From contig JBKQPJ010000019.1 of NCBI GenBank assembly GCA_052326305.1, forward strand, positions 15,517 to 79,516: a stretch of DNA of 64,000 bases, given 5' to 3'. The notes under the pieces were generated by a model. That model worked only from the letters and a program-made list of their open reading frames with translations, did no database searches and was not told the DNA's origin. Positions 38,964 through 48,294 of the stretch are shown here, piece after piece. Origin of the DNA: Thermoplasmata archaeon. GTDB lineage: Archaea > Thermoplasmatota > Thermoplasmata > Lutacidiplasmatales > UBA184. A program made the position numbers and the translations under genes. Numbering within the stretch: the first letter of the stretch is position 1; each line of letters begins with the position of its first letter.

Positions 38964-39434
38964 CTAGGGTCGCAGCCACTTTCCCATGAAGACGAGCGTC
39001 GCCCTCTCGTAGCCGATCCGCTCGTAAAAGGCGCATATCCCTCGGTTCGCCCGGAGGACATGGAGGTTCACCTTCGGGCATCCCTTGGCCCGCAACCGCC
39101 GCTCCAGTTCGCGCATCAGTGTCGAGCCGATACCGCGGTACCGGAGCTCCGGGGCGACCGCGAGGTGATTCACCCATCCTCGGCGTCCGTCGAAGCGTCC
39201 GAGCACGACGCCGATCAGTCGACCGTCCGCCTCAGCGACGAGGAAGAGATCGGGATTCCGTCGGCGGGCTCGCTCGAGCTCGGCGCGGGTGTCGGAAGGT
39301 CCGAGGACGAGCCCGGACTCTCTCCAGAGCCGACGGACGGAGGAGAAATCACCCGGGACGTACGCGCGAAGTCGAGGTCCCGGGCGCTTGCGTGCCTTCG
39401 CCGGCCGGGACACGGGTCTCACCCAGAATCTCAC
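38964..39434 (-). CDS. GNAT acetyltransferase (YpeA-like)
   Basis: FDGRRGWVNHLAV...RGIG...KVNL...FYERIGY. Confidence 0.88.
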   Translation of the reverse strand: MRFWVRPVSRPAKARKRPGPRLRAYVPGDFSSVRRLWRESGLVLGPSDTRAELERARRRNPDLFLVAEADGRLIGVVLGRFDGRRGWVNHLAVAPELRYRGIGSTLMRELERRLRAKGCPKVNLHVLRANRGICAFYERIGYERATLVFMGKWLRP

Positions 39435-39637
39435 GGGAGCCGCTTCGATAAAGGCTGTGGCGCCGGGCGGCGCGGAAGGGGGTCGGCGCCGTACCTAACG
39501 GGTCTCCGGCCTCTCGTCCAGGGCGCAAGGCGAAGCGCGTGCCCGCGGCGGTGGCGGACGTGAACTCTGTCCCGGTCGCCGGCCCGCCGAGGGAAGAATC
39601 CCTCGACCCGATCGACGGCAGGGCGGCTCGGATCGTC

Positions 39638-40042
39638 CTACGGCTTCGGGGGGGGCGGGTGCCCCGAGGAGATCACGAACTCGTTGCCGTCCGGGTCCGC
39701 GACGGCGGCCCGAAGGAGCGTCCCGCCGGGCACCGGCACTTCCACCGGCTCCATCGTGATCGTGCCGCCCCTCCGGCGGATCTCCTCCACCGCGGCTCTC
39801 GGGTCGTGGTGCTGGAGTATGATCCCGCTCACCGTACCGGGTTCGCGGCCTCCCTCGCCCGGTCGCTGAACGTGCATCGCGAGGATCGTGGGGGTCCCGG
39901 GGAAGGTAAAGACCGCCCGGCCCGAGGCCTCGGCAAATCCGGCCTCGCTCAAGCCCAGCACCTCGCGATAGAACTTGCGGGCTACCTGGATGTCGCGCAC
40001 GTGGACCGTCACCGCGCTGAGACCTTCGACCGGATTCACCAT
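39638..40042 (-). CDS. VOC/glyoxalase family protein
   Basis: VTVHVRD...FYREVLG...ADPDGNE. Confidence 0.88.
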   Translation of the reverse strand: MVNPVEGLSAVTVHVRDIQVARKFYREVLGLSEAGFAEASGRAVFTFPGTPTILAMHVQRPGEGGREPGTVSGIILQHHDPRAAVEEIRRRGGTITMEPVEVPVPGGTLLRAAVADPDGNEFVISSGHPPPPKP

Positions 40043-40165
40043 GCCGGAACGACTCCCGCCGCGGGGTTGAGCGTTTCGGTCGCGGCAGGGTGTGGAGCAC
40101 ACCTCCCCGAAGGGGGTCCACGGGACCCGCCCCCCTCCGGGGACGCCTGACCCCCGGGCGCACCG

Positions 40166-41068
40166 CTAACCGCGCAGGGTGACCTTACCCCGCTTCATCA
40201 GTTCCTCGAGGTGCGACTCCGCGACCGCGGAGGGGTCGTTGCGCCGCGGGGACGGCAGAGGGCGCGCGTACTCCTTGAGGATCTCCCGGGCGTCGGCGCG
40301 TCGTTGCCGGGACCGGGCCATGAGCTCCCGGCCCTCCCGTTCGACCTCGGCGATCTCCCGCCCCAGGACATCGAGCTGGGTCAACAGCTCGGCCCGGGCC
40401 CGACCGGCGACCCGCATCTCGGCGACGAGGGCGCCCGCTGCCTCGAGCCGGGCCGGGATCTCGCCCCGGCGCTTGTCGCGTTCGGAACGGGCGGTCTCCA
40501 TTTCCTCGACCAACCGGGCGACCTCCGCCCGAGCGGCGACGATGGCGGCATCGGCCTCGTGGCGCTGGCGCTCGTGTTCCGCCGCGATCTCCTTCCGTGC
40601 CTCGAACTCCTTGAGCTCTTTCGCTTTCTGGCGGAGCTCCGCGATCAGGGCATCCTCCTCCTTGATCGGAAGGGCCCGGGTCTGCTGCCGGAGCTCGAGC
40701 TCCGCCATCTCGCGCCGGACCTGCTCGGGATTCAGTCGCTCCCCCCGGTCGAACGTCAGCACGAGCTCTCTCCGCCGGATGACCGCGTCTTCCAGCTTCC
40801 GACGGGCTGCTTCACAACCCCGCCTCAGCTCGGAGAGGTGCCGGCCGAGCTGCCCGAACTCCTCGTGCAGCTGCTCCGCCTCCGCCTGCGGCGCCTGTCG
40901 GCGGTTGTACAGCTCCTGCTGCTTGGCCGAAAGTCCCCGCACCTGGCCGACCAGCTCGCGGCGCTTGTCGAGGAGGGAATTGAGGCGAGCCTCGAGCTGG
41001 CGGAGGCGGTCCCGCTCTTCCCTTTCTTCTCGCTGCCACTGTTCGGAGAAGAAGGCGCGGGGCGGCAT
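40166..41068 (-). CDS. Archaeal coiled-coil protein (COG1340-like)
   Basis: E/R-rich heptads, LELRQQTRAL...EDALI, and a C-terminal KRGKVTL. Confidence 0.8.
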   Translation of the reverse strand: MPPRAFFSEQWQREEREERDRLRQLEARLNSLLDKRRELVGQVRGLSAKQQELYNRRQAPQAEAEQLHEEFGQLGRHLSELRRGCEAARRKLEDAVIRRRELVLTFDRGERLNPEQVRREMAELELRQQTRALPIKEEDALIAELRQKAKELKEFEARKEIAAEHERQRHEADAAIVAARAEVARLVEEMETARSERDKRRGEIPARLEAAGALVAEMRVAGRARAELLTQLDVLGREIAEVEREGRELMARSRQRRADAREILKEYARPLPSPRRNDPSAVAESHLEELMKRGKVTLRG

Positions 41069-41399
41069 GGACCACCGAGGCGCGGAGGGTCTAAAAAGGA
41101 TTGGCGCAGGCCCGGCCGAAGGCCCGACCCGCGATTCCGCCGGAGGCCGCGCGAGCCCGTCTCTGTCGGGCCGCTTCGAAGATGGACTATCCCCCGGCCC
41201 GAGCGCCGGAACCTGCCGCAGGGGATCCGACGGCCGGTCCTCCCTGGGGTTCGACCGGCCCGCCGCAGGACGCGGGTCCGTGACCGTGGGGTCCTTCCAC
41301 GGCGTTGAACGGGCGGGCGACGCTTCCTAGGGCGAACCCCTCCCGGCGCGCCGGTCCCTTTTAGTAGGGCCGGATTCGTGAGCCGACCCGACAGTTCGG

Positions 41400-41795
41400 A
41401 TGACCGTGGCTCAAGGTGAGGCGCCGGTCCCCGGCGGCGAGGCCAAGAAACTGCCCCCCATGACCCATTACATCCTCGGCTTGTTTCGCAGGGTCCCCGA
41501 TCGCGCCTCCATACCGGACGAGGAGGCGGCGCGGATCCAGGAAGGCCATATGGCGAACCTCCGACGCCTGACCGAGCAGGGGGAGCTCATCACCGCCGGC
41601 CCGTTCGAGGAAGACAGCGACCTTCGAGGGGTCCTGATCTTCTCTACCGGGTCGGTCGAGCGGGCACGGGAGCTCATGAGGAACGACCCGGCCATCACGA
41701 ACGGCCGTCTGGTCCTAGATCTCTACACCTGGTTCGGCCCGGCAGGTCTCGGTGTAGGACCCGCCGGCTCGGCGGGTGAAACCGTCCCCGGCTGA
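41400..41795 (+). CDS. YciI family protein
   Basis: GHMANL...AGPF...RGVLIF...DPAI. Confidence 0.85.
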   Translation: MTVAQGEAPVPGGEAKKLPPMTHYILGLFRRVPDRASIPDEEAARIQEGHMANLRRLTEQGELITAGPFEEDSDLRGVLIFSTGSVERARELMRNDPAITNGRLVLDLYTWFGPAGLGVGPAGSAGETVPG

Positions 41796-41877
41796 GCGCG
41801 GGGCTGTGCGAGGGGCCCCGGGTTCGGGAGGCCCTCCTCGGGGGAGGAGCCGTGCGGAGGGGGGTCAAGAGGCGGGA

Positions 41878-42363
41878 TCACGACTTGCCGGCCCTTCCGA
41901 GAAGGCCGTTGAGGGCGGTCTCCCACTCCGTCCCCATCGCCGCATCCGATCTCCCCCTCCGAACGACAAGGTCGTTCATGGCGGGGACCAACGCCGTCCG
42001 TTCGTATCGGACGGTGGCCCGGGTGGTCCCTCCCTCCAGCGCGCGCAATCTCACGTCGACGATCGTGACCATTCCCTCGGAAAGGAACGAGACATACCGG
42101 ATGCGTCCCGCTTCGAGGTCGAGATCGACCGTGACCCACGTACTGGTGTGATCGCCGTGTCGGACGGTGAACACCGATCCGGGGACCTCTTCCGGGACGG
42201 AGGGGTACAGGAACTCGGGATCCCAGCCGGGGGACCATTCCCGCTCCCGGTTCGGGCCGAAGAGCGGAGCGGCCTCGCGGAGGGGAGCGCGGATGGTGAA
42301 CTCAAAGCGGCTATCGCTGTGCGCCAATCGGAGGCCTTCCCCCGCGTCGCTCCTTCCCTTCAT
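41878..42363 (-). CDS. SRPBCC-like hypothetical protein
   Basis: PLFGPNREREWSPGW...GSVF...VRYERTAL...WETALN. Confidence 0.75.
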   Translation of the reverse strand: MKGRSDAGEGLRLAHSDSRFEFTIRAPLREAAPLFGPNREREWSPGWDPEFLYPSVPEEVPGSVFTVRHGDHTSTWVTVDLDLEAGRIRYVSFLSEGMVTIVDVRLRALEGGTTRATVRYERTALVPAMNDLVVRRGRSDAAMGTEWETALNGLLGRAGKS

Positions 42364-42646
42364 GATGAACCCCCCCGATCGAGAACCCAGCGGCTCGCGG
42401 CCCCGATCGGGGTCTTCGGGGGGTTCTACGCTCCCCGCCCTCATCAAGGACCCACCCTCACCCAGACCGCCCCCCCCGCCGGGCCTCCTGGCGTTCCGCG
42501 CTCCGGCGCGGCCGATCGGGTCTCGCCCGCTACCCCGCCTGAAATGGATACTCCGAACGGCGTCCCCTCCGGGGTGAACGCGGGTCCAAACGGCTCCCCC
42601 GCGGCAGGTCCGCTCTGCTCGGTCGCCGTCCCACGGGGCGGGGGGG

Positions 42647-42916
42647 CTAGGCCGGTCGATGGATCGAGGTCTTGGCGCTCGCGACGGCCGCTTGGAGCTG
42701 GCGCCAGGCCACCTGCGAACTTTGTTCCGGGGGAAGGACCCGCCCGGAGAGTTCGTCCAACCGCCGCTGGACGTACTCTCTCGCCGACAGACAGACGTGG
42801 CATCGTTGGCATTCGTCCCCGAGCGGACTACGACCTAGCCGCAGGAGAGCCTCGGACTCGCCCGACCCGATGAGGATCGTGGCCTCATGGAGCTCGCATT
42901 GGCCCGAGTCGACCAT
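42647..42916 (-). CDS. Small Cys/His-containing hypothetical protein
   Basis: 89 aa, MVDSGQCELH...ECQRCHVC. GGGTGG SD-like element. Confidence 0.5.
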   Translation of the reverse strand: MVDSGQCELHEATILIGSGESEALLRLGRSPLGDECQRCHVCLSAREYVQRRLDELSGRVLPPEQSSQVAWRQLQAAVASAKTSIHRPA

Positions 42917-43135
42917 CGCCACCCGAATCCCGCGGAGGGAGAAAAAGGAGAGCGACCGGGCACCGTTGGGCGGGAGGGGCCGCGACCCTCGGGAGCCGGC
43001 GCGCGGCATCCTGGGAGCGACAAGCCAATTTTCCGGGAATGCCCCCTTCCCCTGGCCCCGAAGGGGCCGGGAGGGGGTCACGCGCTGGTCCGCGCCCGCT
43101 TTGAATCCGGGCGTCGTACCCCGGATCGGCGGGAG

Positions 43136-43621
43136 ATGTTCGGAAGGATTCTGGCTTGCGTGGACGCTTCGCCCACCGGACAGCACGCGTGCGCCGCGGC
43201 CATCGAGATGGCGACACGATTTGGCTGTCGCCTCACCCTGCTCACGGTCCTCCCCGCGGCCGGGAAGGACCCTCAGCCCGATCTAGAACGGCTCGTTCCG
43301 ATGGACTCGATGAACCGCCCGATCCCTCGGATCATGGAGGACGCCCAGTCGGAGGCGTTGAGGAAGGGGATCCCGGCGGCCGAGATCGTCTACCTGCGGG
43401 GAAAGGTCGTAGAGTCCATCCTGGAGCACCTGGAGCGCGCCCCGCCGGATCTGGTCGTCGTCGGGACCCGGGGCCTCTCCCGGGGGAGTCGGATCCTCCT
43501 CGGAAGCGTCTCGAGCCGGCTCGTCACGGAGGCACCGTGCCCGGTCCTCGTCGTGCGCACGGTCCGCGCCGCGGCCGGAAAGACGCGGGCGTCCGTCTCG
43601 CTCCGTGTCGATCCGGGATGA
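43136..43621 (+). CDS. Universal stress protein
   Basis: ILACVDAS...DLVVVGTRG...LLGSVS...PCPVLVV. Confidence 0.92.
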   Translation: MFGRILACVDASPTGQHACAAAIEMATRFGCRLTLLTVLPAAGKDPQPDLERLVPMDSMNRPIPRIMEDAQSEALRKGIPAAEIVYLRGKVVESILEHLERAPPDLVVVGTRGLSRGSRILLGSVSSRLVTEAPCPVLVVRTVRAAAGKTRASVSLRVDPG

Positions 43622-43816
43622 ACCGGGCCTCCCGCGACCACCGGGTCGTTTCCGGGGCCGTGCGCTAGAGAAACGGGGGAAGTCCCCCCCCGAGGGTCCC
43701 ACGGAAGCGGCGTTCCCTCACTGCCCTCTCGTCCGCTCTAGGATACGGTCCGAGGAGATCCGATCGCCACTTCACCCTAGCAAACCGTCGGATAACACTG
43801 ACAAACCAACACTACA

Positions 43817-43824
43817 TTTATAAG
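43817..43824 (+). promoter_or_regulatory. Consensus TATA box with no downstream ORF
   Basis: TTTATAAG preceded by an A/C-rich tract with two AACACT copies. A TG initiator lies at 43847/43848, 31 nt from the TATA start. Confidence 0.65.
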
Positions 43825-43847
43825 CGCCGAAGTCGCACGTCTAACCT

Positions 43848-44038
43848 GGCTCGGAGTAAGCCCCGCCGGCCGGACGCAGAACCCCGATCAAGACGACGCA
43901 CCCGGGAGTTCTGCGGATCACTATTCTCAGACCGTGGGGGATGGGCCCACCCACCCGCCCCCACGGCCGTCGACACGAGGTCCCGAGGGGACCCGCGATC
44001 GCCGTCCTGGGGGGTCGAAACCTTTCGACCCGATGGCG
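43848..44038 (+). ncRNA. Candidate structured non-coding RNA of unknown family
   Basis: Four consecutive stems: 43875-43882/43908-43915, 43932-43940/43958-43966, 43979-43984/43988-43993, and 44000-44006/44032-44038 enclosing 44012-44020/44023-44031. Confidence 0.5.
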
Positions 44039-44596
44039 CTAACGACCGCGTCGTCCCCGGTGGGGCTTGGCCCCACCGCGTTTCGTGCGGGGGCCCTTTC
44101 CGGGGACCTCGAGACCGACGCGCTTGGCGAGGCGGCGATGGTCGCTTTCGTCCACCCACTCCACCTCGAGATACTCCAGGAGCTCGGCGTTCGTCATCCC
44201 GATCCGCCTCCCTTCCCGGACGGTGAAGGTGTACGCTTCGATCTCGGTCGGCGTGTCGACGTACTTCCGCTTCCGATCGAACAGCGCCCGGCCGGCGCGG
44301 AACTGCTTGACGTGGCACAGCTCGTGGACGACGTCGAGGTAGAGCGTGCGCAGATCGCTCTTCTTGAGGTGATGGCTGCTGACGATGAGGTGCCCGTCCA
44401 CGTCGCTCGTGCCCATGTAGCCGAACGGCGGGGAGAAGAACTCGACCTTGAGTCGGCCGAGGATCTGGGCCGCCTCCTTTCCGAACAGTTCCTGGATCGG
44501 AGGCGCTCTTTCGAACCCGCGAAAGAACTGCCGGAACGGATAGAGGCGGATCGGGGCGCGTCGCTCGATACTCACACCGTAGCCGGACTTCTTCAT
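44039..44596 (-). CDS. HEXXH zincin-like metalloprotein
   Basis: LDVVHELCHVKQ followed by PTEIEAY. Confidence 0.8.
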   Translation of the reverse strand: MKKSGYGVSIERRAPIRLYPFRQFFRGFERAPPIQELFGKEAAQILGRLKVEFFSPPFGYMGTSDVDGHLIVSSHHLKKSDLRTLYLDVVHELCHVKQFRAGRALFDRKRKYVDTPTEIEAYTFTVREGRRIGMTNAELLEYLEVEWVDESDHRRLAKRVGLEVPGKGPRTKRGGAKPHRGRRGR

Positions 44597-44729
44597 CGCG
44601 CTCTCGAACCCCGAAGGGTTCTCCCCCCCGACGGTCCCCGGTTCTTAGCGGCTTCGTGCGGGAGGGCGGACCCGTGCCGGCGGCCCGCGGGAGGCCAAAC
44701 TTATTCCCTGCGGCTTCGCTCTCGAGCTC

Positions 44730-45170
44730 ATGGTGCGGTACGCCGATGAGTCGGTGATCCCGATCGCCCGAGACCGGCTCTGGCGCCTGCTCGACCTCCA
44801 TGCCCAGGATGGCCACATCATGAGGATCCATCCCGACGTGGTCTCCCAGCAAACCCTGAGCCAAGGCCCGGGCGAGTACGTCGTGAAGCGGGGCGTCAAG
44901 GTCCTGCGACGGACCGCCAACTCGAGCTGGAAGGTCACCTACCACGTTCCGGACCGGTTCCGATGGGAGATCGTCGACGGGAACGGACCCTGGACCCAAG
45001 GGAGCTACCTCTCGAACCAGTACTCCGACGCGCCCGGCGGGACCCTGGTCCGGTCGGAAGGGGAGCTGACCGTCGTCGGGCTTCCCGGGTTCCTGCAGAA
45101 CCGGCTCGTCCGATCGGCCCTCAATCGGATCGACGAAGAAGACGTCGGGTTCCTCGCGCGGAACCCCTGA
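44730..45170 (+). CDS. SRPBCC/START-like hypothetical protein
   Basis: Layout similar to 33674..34108 (LWRLL...HP...GP..GS...NQY...EED). ACTTATT upstream. Confidence 0.7.
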   Translation: MVRYADESVIPIARDRLWRLLDLHAQDGHIMRIHPDVVSQQTLSQGPGEYVVKRGVKVLRRTANSSWKVTYHVPDRFRWEIVDGNGPWTQGSYLSNQYSDAPGGTLVRSEGELTVVGLPGFLQNRLVRSALNRIDEEDVGFLARNP

Positions 45171-45254
45171 ACTCCCGTACCCCGCGGCCGGTTCCGTCCG
45201 GGGCCGATTCGCGCCGGTGCGGGACGCCGTCCCGCGCGAGCTCTTGACCCCCGC

Positions 45255-45503
45255 CTACGGGGCGGCACCCGGGGTCGGCCGAGCCCGCAGCCGAGCCTGC
45301 TCGTCGAAGAGGTCCCTCAGGTGGCCGTTGCACAGGACGAAGTTCTTGGTGCCGACACGCGGCGCCGGAAATTCGCGCGGCTCCGGCGCCTCCGGAGAGC
45401 AGGCGTTCGAGCCGCCCACCGTGTCGGCCGGAGCGCGGCCGATCAGCTCCCGGTACGCGCGGTCGACCTCGCAGACGGGCCGGGCGGCGCGGACCGGGAT
45501 CAT
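45255..45503 (-). CDS. Small hypothetical protein with C..C..CxxH
   Basis: 82 aa, MIPVRAARPVCEVD...NACS...LCNGHL. GC3-rich codons. Confidence 0.5.
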   Translation of the reverse strand: MIPVRAARPVCEVDRAYRELIGRAPADTVGGSNACSPEAPEPREFPAPRVGTKNFVLCNGHLRDLFDEQARLRARPTPGAAP

Positions 45504-45511
45504 CTCGAAGC

Positions 45512-45688
45512 CTAGCCGGCCGCGACCGCGTCGTGGACGACGACGTTGTCCGGCCGGGTGTCGAGACCGAGCCGAGCGAGCGTGCGCAGACTGATCGCGA
45601 GGGTGTGATCCTGAGGTCGGTAGAGGACGAGATCGAGATGGGGTACGCGGATGTGGTTCGGCCAGACGTGGATCTGATTCATACCCAT
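45512..45688 (-). CDS. Small hypothetical protein (58 aa)
   Basis: MGMNQIHVWPNHIRVPHLDLVLYRPQDHTLAISLRTLARLGLDTRPDNVVVHDAVAAG. Strong GC3 bias. Ends 8 nt before the next ATG. Confidence 0.55.
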   Translation of the reverse strand: MGMNQIHVWPNHIRVPHLDLVLYRPQDHTLAISLRTLARLGLDTRPDNVVVHDAVAAG

Positions 45689-45915
45689 CAATGCGCATCC
45701 GGAGCATTTGAGCTAGCCGACCGGTCGGAAGGTCCTCCGCCGGCCCGGGATCATCGTCCGGCGACCCGGCCGGGCAGCTCGAAGGGTGCGGCGAAGAATC
45801 GTAACGAACATGGTAGAACAGGGATCCGTCGACTTCCCCGGTTCATTCGAACAGGGTGAGAGGTCCACGCAAGCAATCCCCGCGGGTGGAGGGCGCAGGT
45901 CGTCGGGCGACCCCC

Positions 45916-45954
45916 CTACCTCTTCTTCTTGCTCTTGACCGGCTTCTTCGCCAT
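45916..45954 (-). CDS. Possible 12-aa Lys-rich micro-peptide MAKKPVKSKKKR
   Basis: ATG follows an SD-like GGGAGTGA, and all Lys codons are AAG. Confidence 0.3.
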   Translation of the reverse strand: MAKKPVKSKKKR

Positions 45955-46263
45955 CGTCACTCCCCACGCGGTCCCCGTACTTCAGTAGGCGTACCACCCC
46001 GCCCGGCACCCGGATCCGGGAGTATCGGGAGCCGATCGACCTCTGGGAGTCCGATCCGACCACGGCGGATCGTGGGATGGCAGCGAGCCTGCACCGAGGA
46101 TGGCCTAGGGCATTCTCGCCGGCCTCTCGACCATCGACCGGCAGGCGCCCCACCGAGGTGACCCGCGGTTTCATGTCCGACACGGCGCGCGGCGAGTGAA
46201 CCGGAATCGACCGCGCCGCCAAATCCCCTCGGGAGGAGTTCCGGGTCCGGGTGGGGGATCGCC

Positions 46264-47223
46264 TTGAGTCAGCCACGACCGCTCGCAAGCTCCGGGCTCC
46301 TCCAGCTCCTTTTGCTCGGCCTCGTGTGGGGAGCGACGTTCCCGGTGGCCCGGCTTGGCGTCGCCGCCGGAGCGGATCCGATCCTGCTCGTGGTGCTCGA
46401 CCTTCTCCTGGCCGCCTCGCTGATGGCGGCGGTCGCGGCGCTGACGCGGACCCACCGGCCCTCCGTCCGGGCCCTCGCGCAATCCGCCGCCCTTGGCGCG
46501 CTGCTAATCGCCGGGATCAACCTACCGCTATACTGGGGGCTGAGAGGTGCAACGGGAGGCACCGCGTCGATCGTCTACGCCACGGCTCCGATCATCAGCC
46601 TCGTCGTCCTCGGGCTGCTGGGGGGTTCGATCGCGTTCCGCCGCCGCCAGGTCGCGGCGCTGGTCGTCGGTCTCGGAGGGGTCGCCGTCCTGGGATTCGC
46701 CACCGCCGGGCCCGTCCTGGTGGCCGGATTGGCCGCCCTGGCCGCGTTCGCGCTCGGTGCGGCCTGTCAGGGAACGGGCGCCGTCCTGATCGGGCGGGCG
46801 CGTCCCCGGGGAGAGGACCCGTGGGGGCTCACCTTCCAGTTCGTCGGCGCGGCCGCCGCCTCCCTCGTCGCGTTGCCGATCCTCTCCCCGGCGCCGGCGT
46901 TTCCGGTCACCGCGGCGACCGTCGGATCGGTGGTCTTTGTCGGCGTCCTGTCGCTCGTGGTCGGCTACACGCTGTTCTTCGACCTCATCCAGCGCGTCGG
47001 GGCCGTCCGGGCCAATCAGGTGACGTTCCTCAACCCGGTCGTGGCCGTCGGAGTCGGGGTCGTCGTGTTCGGGGAGCGGTTCGTACCGCTGGAACTGGGC
47101 GCGCTGGCGCTGGTCGTGCTCGCGCTGGCCCTCCTTCAGCCGGACTCGGAATCCAGGTCGTCGACGCCCGCTCCCCCCAGGGACCCGCGCTCCGAACCGG
47201 TCGCGCCGTCGAAGGGCCCCTGA
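46264..47223 (+). CDS. EamA/DMT family transporter
   Basis: VWGATFP, about 10 TM helices, FLNPVVAV and FGERF. Confidence 0.9.
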   Translation: MSQPRPLASSGLLQLLLLGLVWGATFPVARLGVAAGADPILLVVLDLLLAASLMAAVAALTRTHRPSVRALAQSAALGALLIAGINLPLYWGLRGATGGTASIVYATAPIISLVVLGLLGGSIAFRRRQVAALVVGLGGVAVLGFATAGPVLVAGLAALAAFALGAACQGTGAVLIGRARPRGEDPWGLTFQFVGAAAASLVALPILSPAPAFPVTAATVGSVVFVGVLSLVVGYTLFFDLIQRVGAVRANQVTFLNPVVAVGVGVVVFGERFVPLELGALALVVLALALLQPDSESRSSTPAPPRDPRSEPVAPSKGP

Positions 47224-47253
47224 CCCGGATCCCGGCGCCTCCGACGAGATCGC

Positions 47254-48294
47254 TCAGCTCGGGGGAGACGCCTCGGCGGTGCCCCGCCCCGAGGCGGAGA
47301 GCCTTCGCTTCGCGATCATCCCGGAGAGGGCGCCGAGCATCGTCGCCCACTTTCGGAGCGGCTCGATGAGCGGCCGGTACGCGTACCCAGGGTACTTCGT
47401 TCCGTCCCGGTATCCCTGGACCGCGAGATTGACGAGGAGCGCGACGAATCCCACGGCGGTCGCCGCGAGCAGGAGCTCGCCAGCGAAGACGGCGATCCCC
47501 CACGGGAGGAGCAGGAGCGCTCCGGAGAGGACCAGGCAGAACGGCAGGGCCAGGTACACCACGTCGGAACGGGAGGCCTCGTAGGTCGTGCCGTGGGTCC
47601 TCCAGACGACGTACGCGCCGCTCGCGTACCGGTACTGCCGCTTCAGGAGCGTTCCCAGATCCAGCTCGGAGTAGTCGTGGTGGACGAACGCCTCGCGCAC
47701 GTAGGCGGCCTGCCAGCCCCGCTGGATCGCCCGGTTCTCGAAGTCCTGGTCCTCGGCCCCGTTGGTGGGGAGCGCGGCGACGAGCGGTCCGAGCTCGTCG
47801 AACAGCTTCTTCCTCCACGCCGAGTTCCCCATCGGGATCGCCCATTGCCGGCGCTGGACGACCTCCTCGTAGAACCGGCGCAGGTAGGCGTCGTAGTACC
47901 TCGCCGACCGGTTGCGCGCAGTACCCGCGAGCGCCGGTGTCGGTCCCCCCGTGAACCCGGTGCGATCGTCGGCGAGCAGGGGGGCGATGAGGGCGGCGAG
48001 CCAGCCCGCGGGGGCGACCTCATCGGTATCGAGGAAGGCGACCAGGTCGGTGGTGACCGTCCGGATCGCCTGGTTCCGGCTCTCGGTGATCGTCCCGGGG
48101 GCCCGCAGGTGGACGTACCTCGGGTCGGCCGCGCGGAAGCGCTCGCAGATCGCGGCGATCTCCGGGGAGTCCCCTCCGTCCGCGATGAGCACGACGTCCG
48201 GCGGACGGCTCTGGCTCCGCAGGGAGTCGAGGCTCCGGGCGAGGCGGGGGTCGTCCTTGACGGTGACGATGACCGTGACCGTCAGTAGCCCCAT
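47254..48294 (-). CDS. Glycosyltransferase family 2 with C-terminal TM helices
   Basis: VIVTVKD, IADGG, SRN, AFLDTD, GNSAWR, AED and KRQYRY. Confidence 0.9.
   Translation of the reverse strand: MGLLTVTVIVTVKDDPRLARSLDSLRSQSRPPDVVLIADGGDSPEIAAICERFRAADPRYVHLRAPGTITESRNQAIRTVTTDLVAFLDTDEVAPAGWLAALIAPLLADDRTGFTGGPTPALAGTARNRSARYYDAYLRRFYEEVVQRRQWAIPMGNSAWRKKLFDELGPLVAALPTNGAEDQDFENRAIQRGWQAAYVREAFVHHDYSELDLGTLLKRQYRYASGAYVVWRTHGTTYEASRSDVVYLALPFCLVLSGALLLLPWGIAVFAGELLLAATAVGFVALLVNLAVQGYRDGTKYPGYAYRPLIEPLRKWATMLGALSGMIAKRRLSASGRGTAEASPPS

Noticed and set aside
43665-43780. GGGGAAGTCC resembling the RNase P RNA 5' P4 strand
   Set aside because: No matching 3' P4 element (ACAGAA...GCUU) at a suitable distance.
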